Below are positions 39,640 to 54,127 of a stretch of 64,000 nucleotides of DNA, one piece after another. Below the pieces are notes generated by a model, which did no database searches, was not told where the DNA came from, and saw only the letters and a list, made by a program, of their open reading frames with translations. Both the position numbers and the translations under genes were made by a program. The DNA comes from Tubiluchus corallicola (taxonomy: Eukaryota > Animalia > Priapulida), in NCBI GenBank assembly GCA_030141605.1, contig JAQGDQ010000034.1, positions 620,001-684,000 on the forward strand. The letters are read 5' to 3'. The first letter of the stretch is position 1, and each line of letters opens with the position of its first letter.

Positions 39640-40105
39640 TGTCTTGGTTTTTGGTTGTCCTTTTTCTCTTTTTTGTTTCTTTCTTCATTTTCTTTTTTCT
39701 GTGACTTCTTTTCTATTTTTTTTTCTGTTTGTCCCTTCTCTTTCTTGTCTTTCGCGCTTCTCCTTCAGTTCCTTTTATATTCTTTGTTTTTCTTCTCTGT
39801 CCCTCTCTGCGTGCTTTCTTTTCTTCTGTTCTCTTCTCTTCTTTTCCCTCCTCTCCTCTTCTCTTCTCTTCTCTTCTTTGCTTTCCTCTCCTCTCCCCAC
39901 CGCTTCGCTTCTCTCCGAATCACTCCTCCCCTCCTGTCTTTTTCTCTCCTCTCTTTTCTCTTCTCTTCTTCTCTCTTCTTCTTTCTTCTCTTCTCTCCAC
40001 TTCACCTCTCTTCTCCTCTCCTCTCCTCTTCTCTTCTTTTCTCTTCTCATCCCTTCCATTCTCTCCTCGTCTGTTTGTTCTCTTTTCTTCATTCTACTTT
40101 CTTTT
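39640..40105. repeat. Pyrimidine-rich low-complexity tract ((CTCTT)n-like)
   Basis: Direct reading of the sequence. Confidence 0.9.
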
Positions 40106-40634
40106 ATCAAAACAACGGAAAATTGTTAGATGAATCACAGCAAGAAAACGAGACACTTAAATGTTGTTCAGTCCACATGTCAGGTACATAACATCGAATA
40201 ACACGACTCTTCGCCTGGCTATAAATTACGATCTTATTGTGCAGGTACCAAATGACTCTGGTCCTCATGAGATATATATACGACTTGAGGTTTCATTATA
40301 ACAGCGCGATAAATCACTGCAAGTTCGTAGAGAAACTGTGCGTCACGCTGATAAACGTAGACATGAAAAATTCACAACCTGAGGGTTCTAATGGCAAGGC
40401 CGCGCGCGAAAGTAAATATTAGTTCTGGAATAAGAACCCATTATTAATTAAAAATCTCTATGGAGGCTGATCCGAGTCACCGTAATGATCGAGACCACGC
40501 CACAGACAACGTTTATCTCACAGATTCATGAACTTTATTAGTTTTTGTGTAAATTTGTGAAGCCGTGGGTGTCATTCATACACAGTGGATAAAATAAAAG
40601 GATGAAAAAATAATACAATCTAGACACGCGTATT

Positions 40635-40652
40635 CACACACACACGTACCCT

Positions 40653-40687
<35 letters not shown>

Positions 40688-40761
40688 ACACACACACGCA
40701 CGCACGCACGCACGCACACACACACGCACACACGCACACGCACACGCACGCACGCACGCGC
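40635..40761. repeat. (CA)n/(CACG)n microsatellite
   Basis: Direct reading of the sequence. Confidence 0.95.
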
Positions 40762-41669
40762 AATATTCTTCCAGTAGAAATTGCAGGTTATACAAAATGT
40801 CAGTAGAATTTAAATAAACTTGTTTATTACCCGTTCTCACAGGGCAATGATCATCTTTTGACGAGGCTAAAGTCTTATCCAACGTTTTTTAGGGTAAATA
40901 GTCTCACCAGAACATTAGCATATGTATGTATATGTACAATATGTACATATATGTATAAATATCAGTACTATATTCGCGACGAGAGATAGGCTAAAACAAC
41001 TTGAGTCTTGACGAACCGTCACAAGAAAATTCACCACTGTGAAAAGTTTGAATCGTGTAGGACCACAAAACAGGGCAACACGGAAGAAAGGACAGATTCG
41101 CGCTCACCACCCAACCTTTGAAATTACAAATATTGGATTATATCCTAGTCTAGTGTGATTTCTACACTCTCTGTCTTTCAGTAAGTGCTACTCTGCAAAG
41201 GGTGTTTCTCAGTATCATTAATCATCGTATGATGATTTACAATCTGAATAAAATGTAAACAAAGCGTAAACCTTCCCATTGCTGCAAGCAATTTTACACT
41301 TTTCTGGTTATGCGAGCCTAGCTGCCTCTCTTCGTTCTTGATGTGACAGTTCTAGGAGTCAAATGTATGCACAGGCAAGCGAGAAACGTGTGGGAGCAAA
41401 CTATTTCAAGAATTCTTACACAAATAGAAAGTTATGTCATTAATTTTAAAATTGTTTTTGATTTTTTAACCGCTAGTTGAAGTCCGTTAACAACTTTCAC
41501 GAAAAGGCTGGTTCACTTTACGCAGTCTAATCTTAAAATTATGTGAATATCTTGTTTAGGTTCAGACTGCATGTGGATTGTTTTACATTTTAGTGTCAGA
41601 AATAGTAAAAATGTTTGAAGTTTAAAAAAACGCTTGAAAAAATTATATCAAGGAGTACCTTCCAATTTT

Positions 41670-41910
41670 CATCATTGTCGTCATTATCACCATCATCACA
41701 ATAATCATCACCATCATCTTATCATCTTTGTCAACGTCGTCACAATCATTATCATCACCATCATCATAATAATCATAAACGTCGCTTTGTCAGCGTCCTC
41801 ATAGTCATCATTATTATTATCATCATCACCATCATCATCATCATCACTATCATCATCTTCTTCTTCTTCTTCTTTTTCATCATCATCGCCGTCATTATTA
41901 TCATCATTAT
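41670..41910. repeat. Degenerate (CAT)n
   Basis: Direct reading of the sequence. Confidence 0.88.
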
Positions 41911-42182
41911 CGCCGCATCGCCAACATCAGCTAGACATCAGGTGTTTTTGTACGGGGGTGTGACAACGACAAATTGTAATTGGTCACTTGTTGGACAGCG
42001 CATTCGTCTCGTTTCCCACAAGGCAATAGGCACAGATGGGCTCTTGTGGTCACCTAATGATCATAGAGCCACAAGTAATGAAATACAGATGCCCAGAAGT
42101 CTTGTTATTAAAGAAAGTTATCACAAGGTAGATTACCAGTAAGTAAGATTTATTAACGTTTGTAGTCTATAGGTTATGGCTG

Positions 42183-44824
42183 GTCAGAGTGAAGTTACCT
42201 TGTTATTCGTTGTTTATTATTCATGGTTTGAAAAACGCTGTTTCCAAATAGACTACGATTCGAAAAACTTGTTTCGAATCAAACAAACAACAAGTTTTAT
42301 TAGAGCGAAGAAACTTCGTCTTGCTTTTATTATCTTTAAACATTTAAGCTGACAAAGTAAAACTTCAGATTAACGCAGAACTCGGGAAAGTTTAAAGTTT
42401 ACTGTAAAAGAATGGCATCAACATCCTAATCAAAAATAAACAGTCTGAGGAATGAAGAAAATGGATAGGTAGAGTAATAAGCATTAATGAAACTAGATCA
42501 TAAACAAATAGAAACAATAACTGCAGTAGAAGTAAGCACCACGTGATGTCTTACGTTCAAGGAGAACATAAAAAATTTTCAACTTTGAAAAGAAAACCCT
42601 CCACTTACTTAAAGCTTAAAAATTCGTCTTTAAAATTTGTGCCACTTACCTACTGATTTTTTGCATACAGGCAGTAAAGCTGTATAAAACATTTAAATTT
42701 AAACTCCGTTAGACCCAGCCATTTTGACGATAAGTCATTTGAAATAAGTTTGGATAACACCAAGTAAAGTTTGGAAAAATAATTAGAGCATTCATAGTAC
42801 ACGCGTCACTAATTAATTAAAATTTTAATTACTGTATCTTGTCAATAAGATTACAAATTCGTTTTTGCATAGTGATTGGTGCAACCAGAAGGTGAGTCAA
42901 CGAAATTTTACCAATAGGTGAAAACATTTTAAATAATTAATAATCTTTTTTTTCTAGTTACATAAGTCTTTCAAGCATGTAAGCGAAATGCTAAGTAACA
43001 TTATTTTGCATGGAAAGTTTTTTGGGACATAGTTTAACATTTCTTTTTCTTCCCCCTGGTTTACGTTGTGCGTATATGACGTCATGTAATGGCACGGTTG
43101 GAACAGTATTGCAGGAGATTTAAAATGAAAATAAACAAAAAAATTTCTTCAACGCGCGAGTACTTTATATAATTTTTAAGGCGATTTTTCTGAAGCCTAC
43201 TTCAGGTACCCATTTTCTTGTCATTCAATGCATTGGCACGCCGGGTTGTCGCACGGGGCCCCATGAGTATATGTGTCCCATGCCAAATTCATTTATCAAT
43301 TGGGTATCATTTGTACGTTGACATTTTTTGTGTTTTTCAAAGCTCGTGTTTTCTTGTTCAAACGTTTGTATTGATTAACCTTTGCTGTGCAGCATATTTT
43401 TTAACATTTAAACACTGATTTTGTTGGAGGTACCAATACAATGATAATATCATGTTTAATTTTATCGACCATTTACATTTTTATTCCTGTGAGTGGTTGT
43501 GTTGTCAGAGTGAAGTTACCTTGTTATTCGTTGTTTATTATTCATGGTTTGAAAAACGCTGTTTCCAAATAGACTACGATTCGAAAAACTTGTTTCGAAT
43601 CAAACAAACAACAAGTTTTATTAGAGCGAAGAAACTTCGTCTTGCTTTTATTATCTTTAAACATTTACGCTGACAAAGTAAAACTTCAGATTAACGCAGA
43701 ACTCGGGAAAGTTTAAAGTTTACTGAAAAAGAATGGCATCAACATCCTAATCAAAAATAAACAGTCTGAGGAATGAAGAAAATGGATAGGTAGAGTAATA
43801 AGCATTAATGAAACTAGATCATAAACAAATAGAAACAATAACTGCAGCAGAAGTAAGCACCACGTGATGTCTTACGTTCAAAGAGAACATAAAAAATTTT
43901 CAACTTTGAAAAGAAAACCCTCCACTTACTTAAAGCTTAAAAATTCGTCTTTAAAATTTGTGCCACTTACCTACTGATTTTTTGCATACAGGCAGTAAAG
44001 CTGTATAAAACATTTAAATTTAAACTCCGTTAGACGCAGCCATTTTGACGATAAGTCATTTGAAATAAGTTTGGATAACACCGAGTAAAGTTTGGAAAAA
44101 TAATTAGAGCATTCATAGTATACGCGTCACTAATTAATTAAAATTTTAATTACTGTATCTTGTCAATAAGATTACAAATTCGTTTTTGCATAGTGATTGG
44201 TGCAACCAGAAGGTGAGTCAACGAAATTTTACCAATAGGTGAAAACATTTTAAATAATTAATAATCTTTTTTTTCTAGTTACATAAGTCTTTCAAGCATG
44301 TAAGCGAAATGCTAAGTAACATTATTTTGCATGGAAAGTTTTTTGGGACATAGTTTAACATTTCTTTTTCTTCCCCCTGGTTTACGTTGTGCGTATATGA
44401 CGTCATGTAATGGCACGGTTGGAACAGTATTGCAGGAGATTTAAAATGAAAATAAACAAAAAAATTTCTTCAACGCGCGAGTACTTTATATAATTTTTAA
44501 GGCGATTTTTCTGAAGCCTACTTCAGGTACCCATTTTCTTGTCATTCAATGCATTGGCACGCCGGGTTGTCGCACGGGGCCCCATGAGTATATGTGTCCC
44601 ATGCCAAATTCATTTATCAATTGGGTATCATTTGTACGTTGACATTTTTTGTGTTTTTCAAAGCTCGTGTTTTCTTGTTCAAACGTTTGTATTGATTAAC
44701 CTTTGCTGTGCAGCATATTTTTTAACATTTAAACACTGATTTTGTTGGAGGTACCAATACAATGATAATATCATGTTTAATTTTATCGACCATTTACATT
44801 TTTATTCCTGTGAGTGGTTGTGTT
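42183..44824. repeat. Near-perfect two-copy tandem duplication, period 1321 bp (42183-43503 and 43504-44824)
   Basis: GTCAGAGTGAAGTTACC starts at 42183 and at 43504. Identical 66-aa ORFs lie at 43218 and 44539 (offset 1321). About 7 substitutions seen by eye. Confidence 0.97.
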
Positions 44825-44826
44825 GT

Positions 44827-44878
44827 TAGGGGCCCCAGTGCACTGCTTTGCCCGGGGACCTATATTAAAACAGCTCTG
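44827..44878. mobile_element. Right terminus of a CAGGGCC-type (hAT-like) MITE
   Basis: TAGGGGCCCCAGTGCACTGCTTTGCCCGGGGACCTATATTAAAACAGCTCTG has the same end style as MITE family A. Confidence 0.5.
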
Positions 44879-45391
44879 ATCCGCGCCCTTTATTTCTAAA
44901 AGATTGAGGAGGTGGTTTCTCAGATCCGCCCGCCAACGTGAGGGAACCCATGCAATAAGAAGCCAACAAATAACTAATGACAGCTTCTTCAGCAAACTAA
45001 TTAAAAAGCACTTTGAGCCTCTCTCCAAGCCGTTGTAAAATCTCTAAGCAATAATCGATGGAGGTTTTTTAAGAAAACGCCATGAACCCGTGGGGAGATG
45101 CAAGGCAAACTTCTCTGAAGTAATTGCGATTGTGGCCATGGGGAGCAAGCTCGTGTGGATTTGCTTGTCTTTTTAAATGATTTAAAGCTATAAGCTAACT
45201 ATATCGCGATAGTTTTTGTTTCAGTGAAGATATACACAGTCCCCGAGGTTTGTTGCCGCGAAAGTTTGGAAGATTAATTTTTCGAACATGTATAAATCCA
45301 GTCTTTGTCAGAACGCTTCCTGGGGGGTACATACCCGCATTACTAATGTCCCGTTCAAACTAGCTAGTTTCCTAATACCTACTTCACTATC

Positions 45392-45689
45392 GTCGTGTTC
45401 AGACCAGCGAGTTTTCTCTCTTATGGCAAATGCTCAGGCGTGAACTTCTTTGCGAATTATTGTTGCAAAGTTATTACAAACGTTTCGACAGGGCTGCGAG
45501 CGGACTTCCTGTAAGTTACTGCTTGTGTGAACGCCTCGGCGAGTTACTCACGATAATTCTCTCAGTGAATAGAGCAGCGAGTATCAGCTTGCGCTTACTG
45601 TTGGAGAGTAACTCCCAACAGGTTCTGCTTTCTAGTGTGAACACGCTTGAAAGTTACTTGGCGAGAAAACTCGCAAGTCTGAATGCGTC
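45392..45689 (+). mobile_element. MITE family B (possibly PIF/Harbinger-like)
   Basis: TIR GTCGTGTTCAGACCAGCGAGTTTTCTC versus reverse complement GACGCATTCAGACTTGCGAGTTTTCTC. Related copies at 36234 and ~51810. Confidence 0.75.
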
Positions 45690-46384
45690 GACTTCTAGTT
45701 CATAAAGTAACTGAATTTGGAAATGTGTTCGCCACTCGGGAAGTTCTTAACAAACAACGCATCATGTATGAACTATGAAGTTATTTACAAACAACAAAAC
45801 AAAATTTTAACAAATAATGAGCACACAATTATTACAATGCAACTAGAAGTCATAATTACTATTAATTGGACTAGTACTTAGGTGTACACACGCAACTGAT
45901 CCGTTCCATGAAAAAATCTCTGAGATTGAATGCATGTTCGAGAGAGTCGAATAATTTTTGCGCCACTGCGTTTTGATCTCAAGAAATCGCAGTGATAATA
46001 ATCATGTTTGTGTCAACTGTTCCCTCCTAAGCAGCTGCAGCGTAAAATGTATTTTCTGATTGTCTTGGACATTTCTTCATTTTCAGTTTTTTTTTCAAGA
46101 ATCATGCGTACTTTTACAAGTTTAGAAATTACCTACTAAATGTCTTGTGGAAGTTTCACAGTTATCCGTGCGCGGACTGCATTTTCAAATGATCTTGCTA
46201 GCAGGTGCTTTCCAGTGGCGAACATTCCAGTCACCTCCCAATTAAGCTGCTAATAAGCCTGATAAAACTACGGTACCGCTTACGTACTGAAGCCAGCAAA
46301 AATAATCCGCGAGAGATAATTCCTGTATTCACAACACCATTAGATATAGCAGTCAGTATATATATGACAGATTTATAGAAGCAA

Positions 46385-46560
46385 ATGCGTGCTCTTCTAC
46401 TTGGAAGAGGTTGCAAATCATTTAAATACAGCGTAGGAATAATTGATTCAGATCTGTGTGTTTGCGGTTTGTGCAGTCAAACCCCAGAACATTTAATTTT
46501 TCATTGTCCGTTACCGTTGGTTAGACAAGATATAAGAGTAAATCTCGAACGCGGCTTCGG
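46385..46560 (+). mobile_element. Non-LTR retrotransposon ORF2 C-terminal CCHC zinc-knuckle fragment
   Basis: GIIDSDLCVCGLCSQTPEHLIFHCPL...RQDI fits the CxC-x7/8-H-x4-C knuckle of LINE ORF2. Confidence 0.75.
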
Positions 46561-46570
46561 ACCATTTTCA

Positions 46571-46856
46571 ATAATGATAATGATAATGATAATGATAATG
46601 ATAATGATAATGATAATGATAATGATAATGATAATGATAATGATAATGATAATGATAATGATAATGATAATGATAATGATAATGATAATGATAATGATAA
46701 TGATAACGATAACGATAACGATAACGATAACGATAACGATAACGATAACGATAACGATAACGATAACGATAACGATAACGATAACGATAACGATAACGAT
46801 AACGATAACGATAACGATAACGATAACGATAACGATAACGATAATAATAATAATAA
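46571..46856. repeat. (ATAATG)n switching abruptly to (ATAACG)n
   Basis: Two pure blocks with the switch near 46703. Confidence 0.97.
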
Positions 46857-48261
46857 TCCACAGTTGTATAAATCATTTAATACGTGCGCTTTATATGCAG
46901 CAGTAAAACTTTCGCTATGTGCACATGTGAATTCGATTTTGACTGATAACTGGAAAAACAAAAAACAAAAAAAGAAAATCCAAAATTTAGTGTTAGTCTA
47001 TTTCTGTTATAATTCTGCCATAATTCTGTTATAGACAAGGTATAGTTTTCTGGTTCTCCTTGCCTTTCTTCCCTTTCCTCCTTTTCGTCAGTTTTTTCTT
47101 TCTCCTTTTCCGTTTCTTCTCTATAGGTGACCTTTAACTCGCGCGACTGCATTTGCATCTTCAGGTCCCCTGATCCACACACAACATTAATATGTGTAAT
47201 TGAAATTAAGCTACAGTCTTAATTTTTTACAGAAATGCACAAATCTGTATATGTTGGAATGTTATACGATATTATATGTATGCATATCACCTTTATTCAC
47301 GCTAATGGTTGCATTACATGTAATATATAATAGGGTAAGTAATGCTATTTACATTGGTGTATATATATTAAGTTGTTAGTAGCGAGTACAACCAGTTAGT
47401 TAGTAGCCAATTGTTAGGTTGGCTTAATAAAATCTTGAATCTTGAAAATCTTAATTCCAACCAAAAGCTTGGTTCATACTCACGTTAAATAAACTTTTAT
47501 AATGCAGATTTCTGGGTAAAAAACTTATTTAGAATTGTTTGCAATTTTCGACCGCTTTTCGTTATTCTCTTCCAGCTAAAAAACCATATAAATGAAATCG
47601 AGTTACAGCCAATCAAAGTTGACTGTGTGCGGAGCGTACATCTGAACATCTTCCGTTGACGGAAACGCAGGCCACATAAGATGCGCAGATTCTGTCGATG
47701 CGCCTGAATTTTAATAGGCTTGACGTGCTTGAATGCTTCCCGATCAAACTTATGTTTGCAGTTATTTCGGATTTTGACGTGATGCATTTTGGGATTTAAA
47801 TCTCAAGACGTTAAACGTGCGGTCTGTTGGATAGGAAAAATTTTAAAACGTTGATCGCTGGCAAAGACAAATAAAACCAAGGCAGCACACAGGCGAACCC
47901 CCTGGTGGCGACGGCCCAATAAGCAGCTTAATCATGGCGTCTTCAATTTGTCAAGAACATTTCGAGGAAATTTAATCACCAGGAATGAGCAGCTAAGGCT
48001 ACACGTTCATTGTCTCCTTTGTCATAATTTAAAACAGACGTAATAAAAATTATCACAACATTCGTTAGTTGACTTAGTTCATATGTGTTAAACTATAGTT
48101 TCAGAGGAAGCTAAACACCATTTTTGACGGGTAAACGTAAAGTAAAATTTTTATAAAACTACTTCTGCGTACAACACTCTATGTTTCCCTGTGAGTCTTT
48201 TCTCCTTCTCTTCATGCCTTCCCCTCTCACTTTTCTTTTCCAGGACTCTCTTTCTTCCCCC

Positions 48262-48285
48262 CTCTCTCTCTCTCTCTCTCTCTCC

Positions 48286-48341
<56 letters not shown>

Positions 48342-48345
48342 TTCT
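48262..48345. repeat. (CT)n microsatellite
   Basis: Direct reading of the sequence. Confidence 0.95.
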
Positions 48346-48657
48346 CTAGCTCTTCCTCTCTCTAAAGAGAACTTTAAATGGTGATAATTTAATTTGTAAA
48401 GCAATATTACAGAGTGATATTGTATATACATCCGTTATACGAAAGTTACTGTGTCACATTACTGTACACGAATGTTTAACTTAATTAGCTACCATGCGTG
48501 CGAGCCTATGCTTCGGGTCCTAATTGTAAATATTGTATGATAGTCTAACTTTGTAAGTTATGTGTTTGCATGTTATTAACCGTTATTTATTGTTGTTGTA
48601 ACTGTATTTTGAACATGATCTTTATGTTTGGAATAAACGATAAATCTAATTTTATCG

Positions 48658-48714
48658 CTCTCTTTCTCTTTCTCTCTCTCACACACTCTTTCTCTCTTTC
48701 TCTCTCTCTTTCTT

Positions 48715-48752
<38 letters not shown>

Positions 48753-48795
48753 CTCCCTTCCTCCCCCCTCTCTCTATCTGTCTCTTTTTCTTTTT
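48658..48795. repeat. Degenerate (CT)n microsatellite
   Basis: Direct reading of the sequence. Confidence 0.92.
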
Positions 48796-50046
48796 CTACA
48801 TTTCGAGAAATTGCAAAATTTGCAGGCGGTATCGTGTGCCATTAATCCTAACATCTAAATAACTGAAATCATCAACATCAGAATTAAATAAAAAAATTAT
48901 GAGGGAGCACCCTACACAACCTCTGACAACTATGATTTCAGATTGAATACGGAACAGCTGCATATGCATATTGGCGTACACAACCCGCATGGGCTCCATG
49001 CTGGGCTGTCACAAACAGATAGGCACAAGTTAATCACACAGTCGCTCTCCAATCTATCATAATAACAGTAACCTCTTCGTTTCCGTGTGTAAGAGAAGGG
49101 AGTGATCAGTGAAGAGCTCTCTAGATCGCCTCCTCACAGCATGTGGAGCTGACAGTCCATTTACCGCTGTCACTGGGCATGAAATGTGAATTTCACTTCT
49201 GCTGAATTGACAGCAAAGCGTACAGGCTATTATAGTCAGGCAAACTCGTGGAAATTAATGAAGTTTATAATGCGATGTTGAAAGTTTAACAATACACAGG
49301 AGAGTTTTGCAACTTCTCATTATTTTGCAATGCAGCACTGGAAGCCATTAACTTTGTCATTATCCAGTATTGCCAGGTGCCAACAAAACTGCTCTTTGTA
49401 AATTCTGTAATGTTTCACGATGCTAAACCAACCTCAAGCAATTTTGTAGTTATTTTAATTAAGACCAAATTCTGTAAGTACATCTAAATAATACTATTTA
49501 CTGCGGAAAAGAAAATTAATTGGGGCTGCGCCATCTATCTGCAGCAAAGAAAGTTCATTTCTTAGCTGCGTGGTGTCATGTTAACTTTGTATGTCGGGAA
49601 CATTTAGATGCCAACTAAGTTGAAGTTACTGCCCATTTCATGACTTTTGTTGAGGTTCTGTCTCTCGTTCATCTTTTTTTGGCTGCAGAATGAACTAGTT
49701 ACTAGAAATACGATTTCAAGTGAACTTTATAGGAGACAGTAAAACGATAACAATAACGGCAACGATCTATGCCGCTAGTAGCGCAATGGTTATTATTGAA
49801 AGCCATTGCATATATAATATCGACAAGAACTTCTGAAAAGTAGGGGCGAAGTAAAATTGAATCACTAGGAGAGAGAGGTTTTGATTTGATTTAATTCTTT
49901 ATTTCAAACATAAGTACATATTATAATTTACGTATATACAACATACAAAATTATAAAAAACAAAAAACCAATACAAAAGAAATCACACACAAACTTAGAT
50001 AAACATGAAAATCACAATAATAGTCTCCACCATTGCTGTCTAAAGT

Positions 50047-50202
<156 letters not shown>

Positions 50203-51809
50203 AACAGGATGTCAGAGTTGCGAACCCAGCCACGTAGTATTTGCTCATTTCTTACAACCAAGAAAACGTTTAAAGCAAAGGCCAAGTCTTCAGGAAAGCT
50301 AGGCTTAGCCAATGTTCGCAAAAAAGTAGGATACAGTCATAATAATGCAATACGCGTCTCGTGTAACTAGTAAAATCACTTTAAAGTCGCGATCACTTCA
50401 TGCTTGGAGTCTTCCATTTTCAATGCCCATTCTTCTTCCAATGACGTCGTTTATCTTGAAGAAGAGTAGCGCACTGTCAATCTTCATGGAAAGTATAATA
50501 AGTTTTCGCAAAAAGAACAGGTAGCTAATTTTGTAATAGTTTTGCGTGAACATTAGGTAAGCTGCAGAACTTTGAATTAGTATAAGTAGCGCAAAACCAC
50601 GATGTGCTTACGGAAAGTCACGAATTCTCCTAGTTAAATCATAATTTTCAAGTGAACGGCGGCAAACACCACACGTGAAAATTTCTATTCAGCGGTAAAG
50701 TATATTTTAAATTTATGCTTTATAGATATTTTTCTATAAATTTCTTTGTTATATTTTTAAATGATAGTAGTAAAATAAACCCAACATGTTGAGTGACTTG
50801 TACTTTCCTTTAAACACCGGCATGTTATCTCGGTCACCTTGATAAATTTGACACTTAACTCGACTTCTACGAGGAAAAACTCTAAGCTTCATCACTATTG
50901 TATTACTGAAATTTACTATGCGTGCAAAAGTCAAATCAACAACCAAGGTATTTTGTAAGACGAAAGTAAAGAAACTCCGTTGAACATTTTAATTCTGGTG
51001 CAGACAAATGTTTGGTTCGCTTAAGCAAAATCTCAAATGATCAAATCAGAAATATGTGCAAATCGTGTCAATAATCTAACAGATTTGAAAAGCAAACATC
51101 TCAAATCTATTATGGAAGTCAGAAAAAAACAAGTCTAATTCGAATGCACAATTTCACCAGCTCAAAGAATTTTTACTCGAGAAGATAACTGTTAGACTGA
51201 ACAATAAATTACGAAGCTTTCACAACATTAGCTTAAATGTTTCAAAAACCATGAAGATATTTTTAAAAACTGTCTAAATCGGAGTTTAGCTTGACAAGAA
51301 TGCATTATTTTTTTAAATGAGAAAATGTTTCGAAAACATAGAGTTAGTTCCTATGTGCGACAAAACTGTAAAGCAAAATGACGTCTTTGCTAGAGCCTTA
51401 TCGCTTTTGAATTCTTTTCCTTCGCGTATTGCCATGGCCCCTCTTTAGCTTCCTTAAAAAATCTCTCTAAAAATGTAATTTCAATTATCATCTGGAAAGT
51501 TTTCTCTAGTTTAGAGGATTGTTTTCGTAGTAGTCCCCTGAATTCCAATGTACGTATAATTCGTAAATGTTTATTTTATAATAGTCAGTAACAGTTTGTA
51601 TGATTTATCTGCATGACTGATTTATAAATTTTCATCTAACTGTCTTTTTCTGCTTAACGGTTTTCTTATTTTATAACGTTTTAGATGTTCAATACGCTTA
51701 TTTTACTAACCTGTGGGGCACCTTAAAACACAAGAAAATCCTCCACTTACACAAAGCTTAAGAAATTCGTCTCGAAATTTTATACCACTCACGTACTGTC
51801 CTTTTGTAA

Positions 51810-51952
51810 CGTCTTGGCAACTTATTGCAAACTCAGCGAGAGTTGCTGAGAGTTAAGTTGCGAAAGAAGTTGTCAAGCCGTTCACACGTGCGACTTTACT
51901 CTCACAGAGAATCTCACAAGTTGCGAGAGAAGTCTCTACGTCTGAACGCGCT
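51810..51952 (+). mobile_element. Partial MITE related to family B (right end)
   Basis: Ends GAGAGAAGTCTCTACGTCTGAACGCGCT, similar to the right TIR of 45392-45689. Contains an internal CGTTCACAC motif. Confidence 0.45.
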
Positions 51953-53099
51953 ACTAGTCGAAAAATAAAGTCAATAACACTAAACACATAGTAAACTCAA
52001 ATTATACAATTTGTGTATTAAAGATAATTTAACAGCTCTTAAGATATTTAGCATAAATTAGTAATGTATTAATAAATAATATTCATATTAATAAACAACT
52101 TTTCGAATATTACAAATTAATTCCTCATCGCCATTTATTTAATTAGTTATTTTTGACTTTAACAATTTAAAATAGTAAAATATTTATTTATTTTGTTGCT
52201 AGTGTGAACGGGCTATTATGCACCTACATTGCAAACTAACAGTGACGTATTACTGAAAATTTTTGTGAGAATGTTATTTGTTTTAAAACTTCATCATCTG
52301 TTTCACTAAAATTTCTTCTGCCTTTGTCGCCACTGCCGTTGCCGTTCATACTATCGTTATTGCTATTATTTTTTAAGCATCTAATTATAATTGATGTTGA
52401 GAATTTTACTGATGGTGCAGACGAATTAAAGAAATCGATTCAGTTATAAATTATACTGCAGCATGATTTGTAAATGATGGCTTACTAAGTTGAATATAAC
52501 ACTTACACACTTCGACCGAAAGTGCTATTTCGACGCTCGTCACAAGGATTTTACACTTGAGTTATTAATGTTAATTTTGGCGAGTTGCAGGCTTATACGA
52601 TGCTAGATGTAAACCGGGTACTCATATACAAGTTATCGTATGTGACTGACATTTTAATGGTAAAACTATAAGACTTGGCAGCAGGCCTGGAAATGACATG
52701 ACATGTCCTTCGTCTTGTCTTGCCAACTTAATGCTAATTGCTTTGCAATGCAGAGCTTTACTATAATTGCGCTAACGCCTTCCTAACATACTGGCTTCCA
52801 AGTAGCTTGGCTTCATGTACAACGGAGCGCGTTTCACAATTTACCGTAGTTCTTGGGTTATTATAGACAGACTCTAAACCATCTCTAGGTGTCGAAAAAC
52901 TACTAAACTATAGTGGAATGATGTCACTCAATAGAGATTGCAAACATCAAATGACTATGGGCAAAATTTTTATTTTTGACCTTTTTTATTTTGTGACCTT
53001 AACCTGCGACCTATTGAACCAAAAAGCGGTGAGTTTTCATGTCTTGCCCAGAGCTATCCCTGAAACAAGTTTATTAATTAAAGCTTCGTCTGTTTTCTC

Positions 53100-53476
<377 letters not shown>

Positions 53477-54127
53477 CTTTCTCATCTGCTTAACCCAAAC
53501 ATTTAAATAGCTGACATCATCCAAATTAGAATTAAGTAAAGTTTTTGTACGTACCCAATATACTTTTAAATTATAACTTAATTAAGTTCTAATTTCCAAA
53601 AGAAGCAGCGTATTAATAAATGCAATTAATAAATGCATAAGCATACTGCATTCAAAATTCAATAAAATTGTGGTCGTATGCTAGTCTATAATAGGGAAAT
53701 TGAAATATACATAAAGAATACAATATTATTTTTACATAATGCAAAAGCCCGGGTTCATGTTTTTTTTCACGTTTGTCACATTTCAACCGCGCTATTTCTT
53801 TTGGAACACCAAGTATAATCCACGCTGCCTACAGTAACGCTACCGCAACGCCAAATAATCAGCTGGAAAACTTCTGTTTATATTCATAAAATTCGCTCTC
53901 GAATGTTAACAAACGCTTTTTTCACAAACGATCTGATTACAGAACAAACATCCACCGTGTATTTCAAGAGAAATTCAACTCGCTGCTTCTGCTGCCGGCA
54001 AACTTACAACATCTGCACCGCGGAGAGGAAATTGTTAGGGAAACGCTTCTCCTCATTGTGAATACAATACGAGAAGCCATTGGTAACCATAGTAGGGTGA
54101 CGGTTATGAAATGAAAAAGAACTGTAA

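Noticed and set aside
47898-47912. CTCF-like motif (CCACCAGGGGG on the minus strand); also CAGATGGCGCTG near 35628
   Set aside because: Short partial matches are expected by chance or inside repeats, and cannot be supported without ChIP data.
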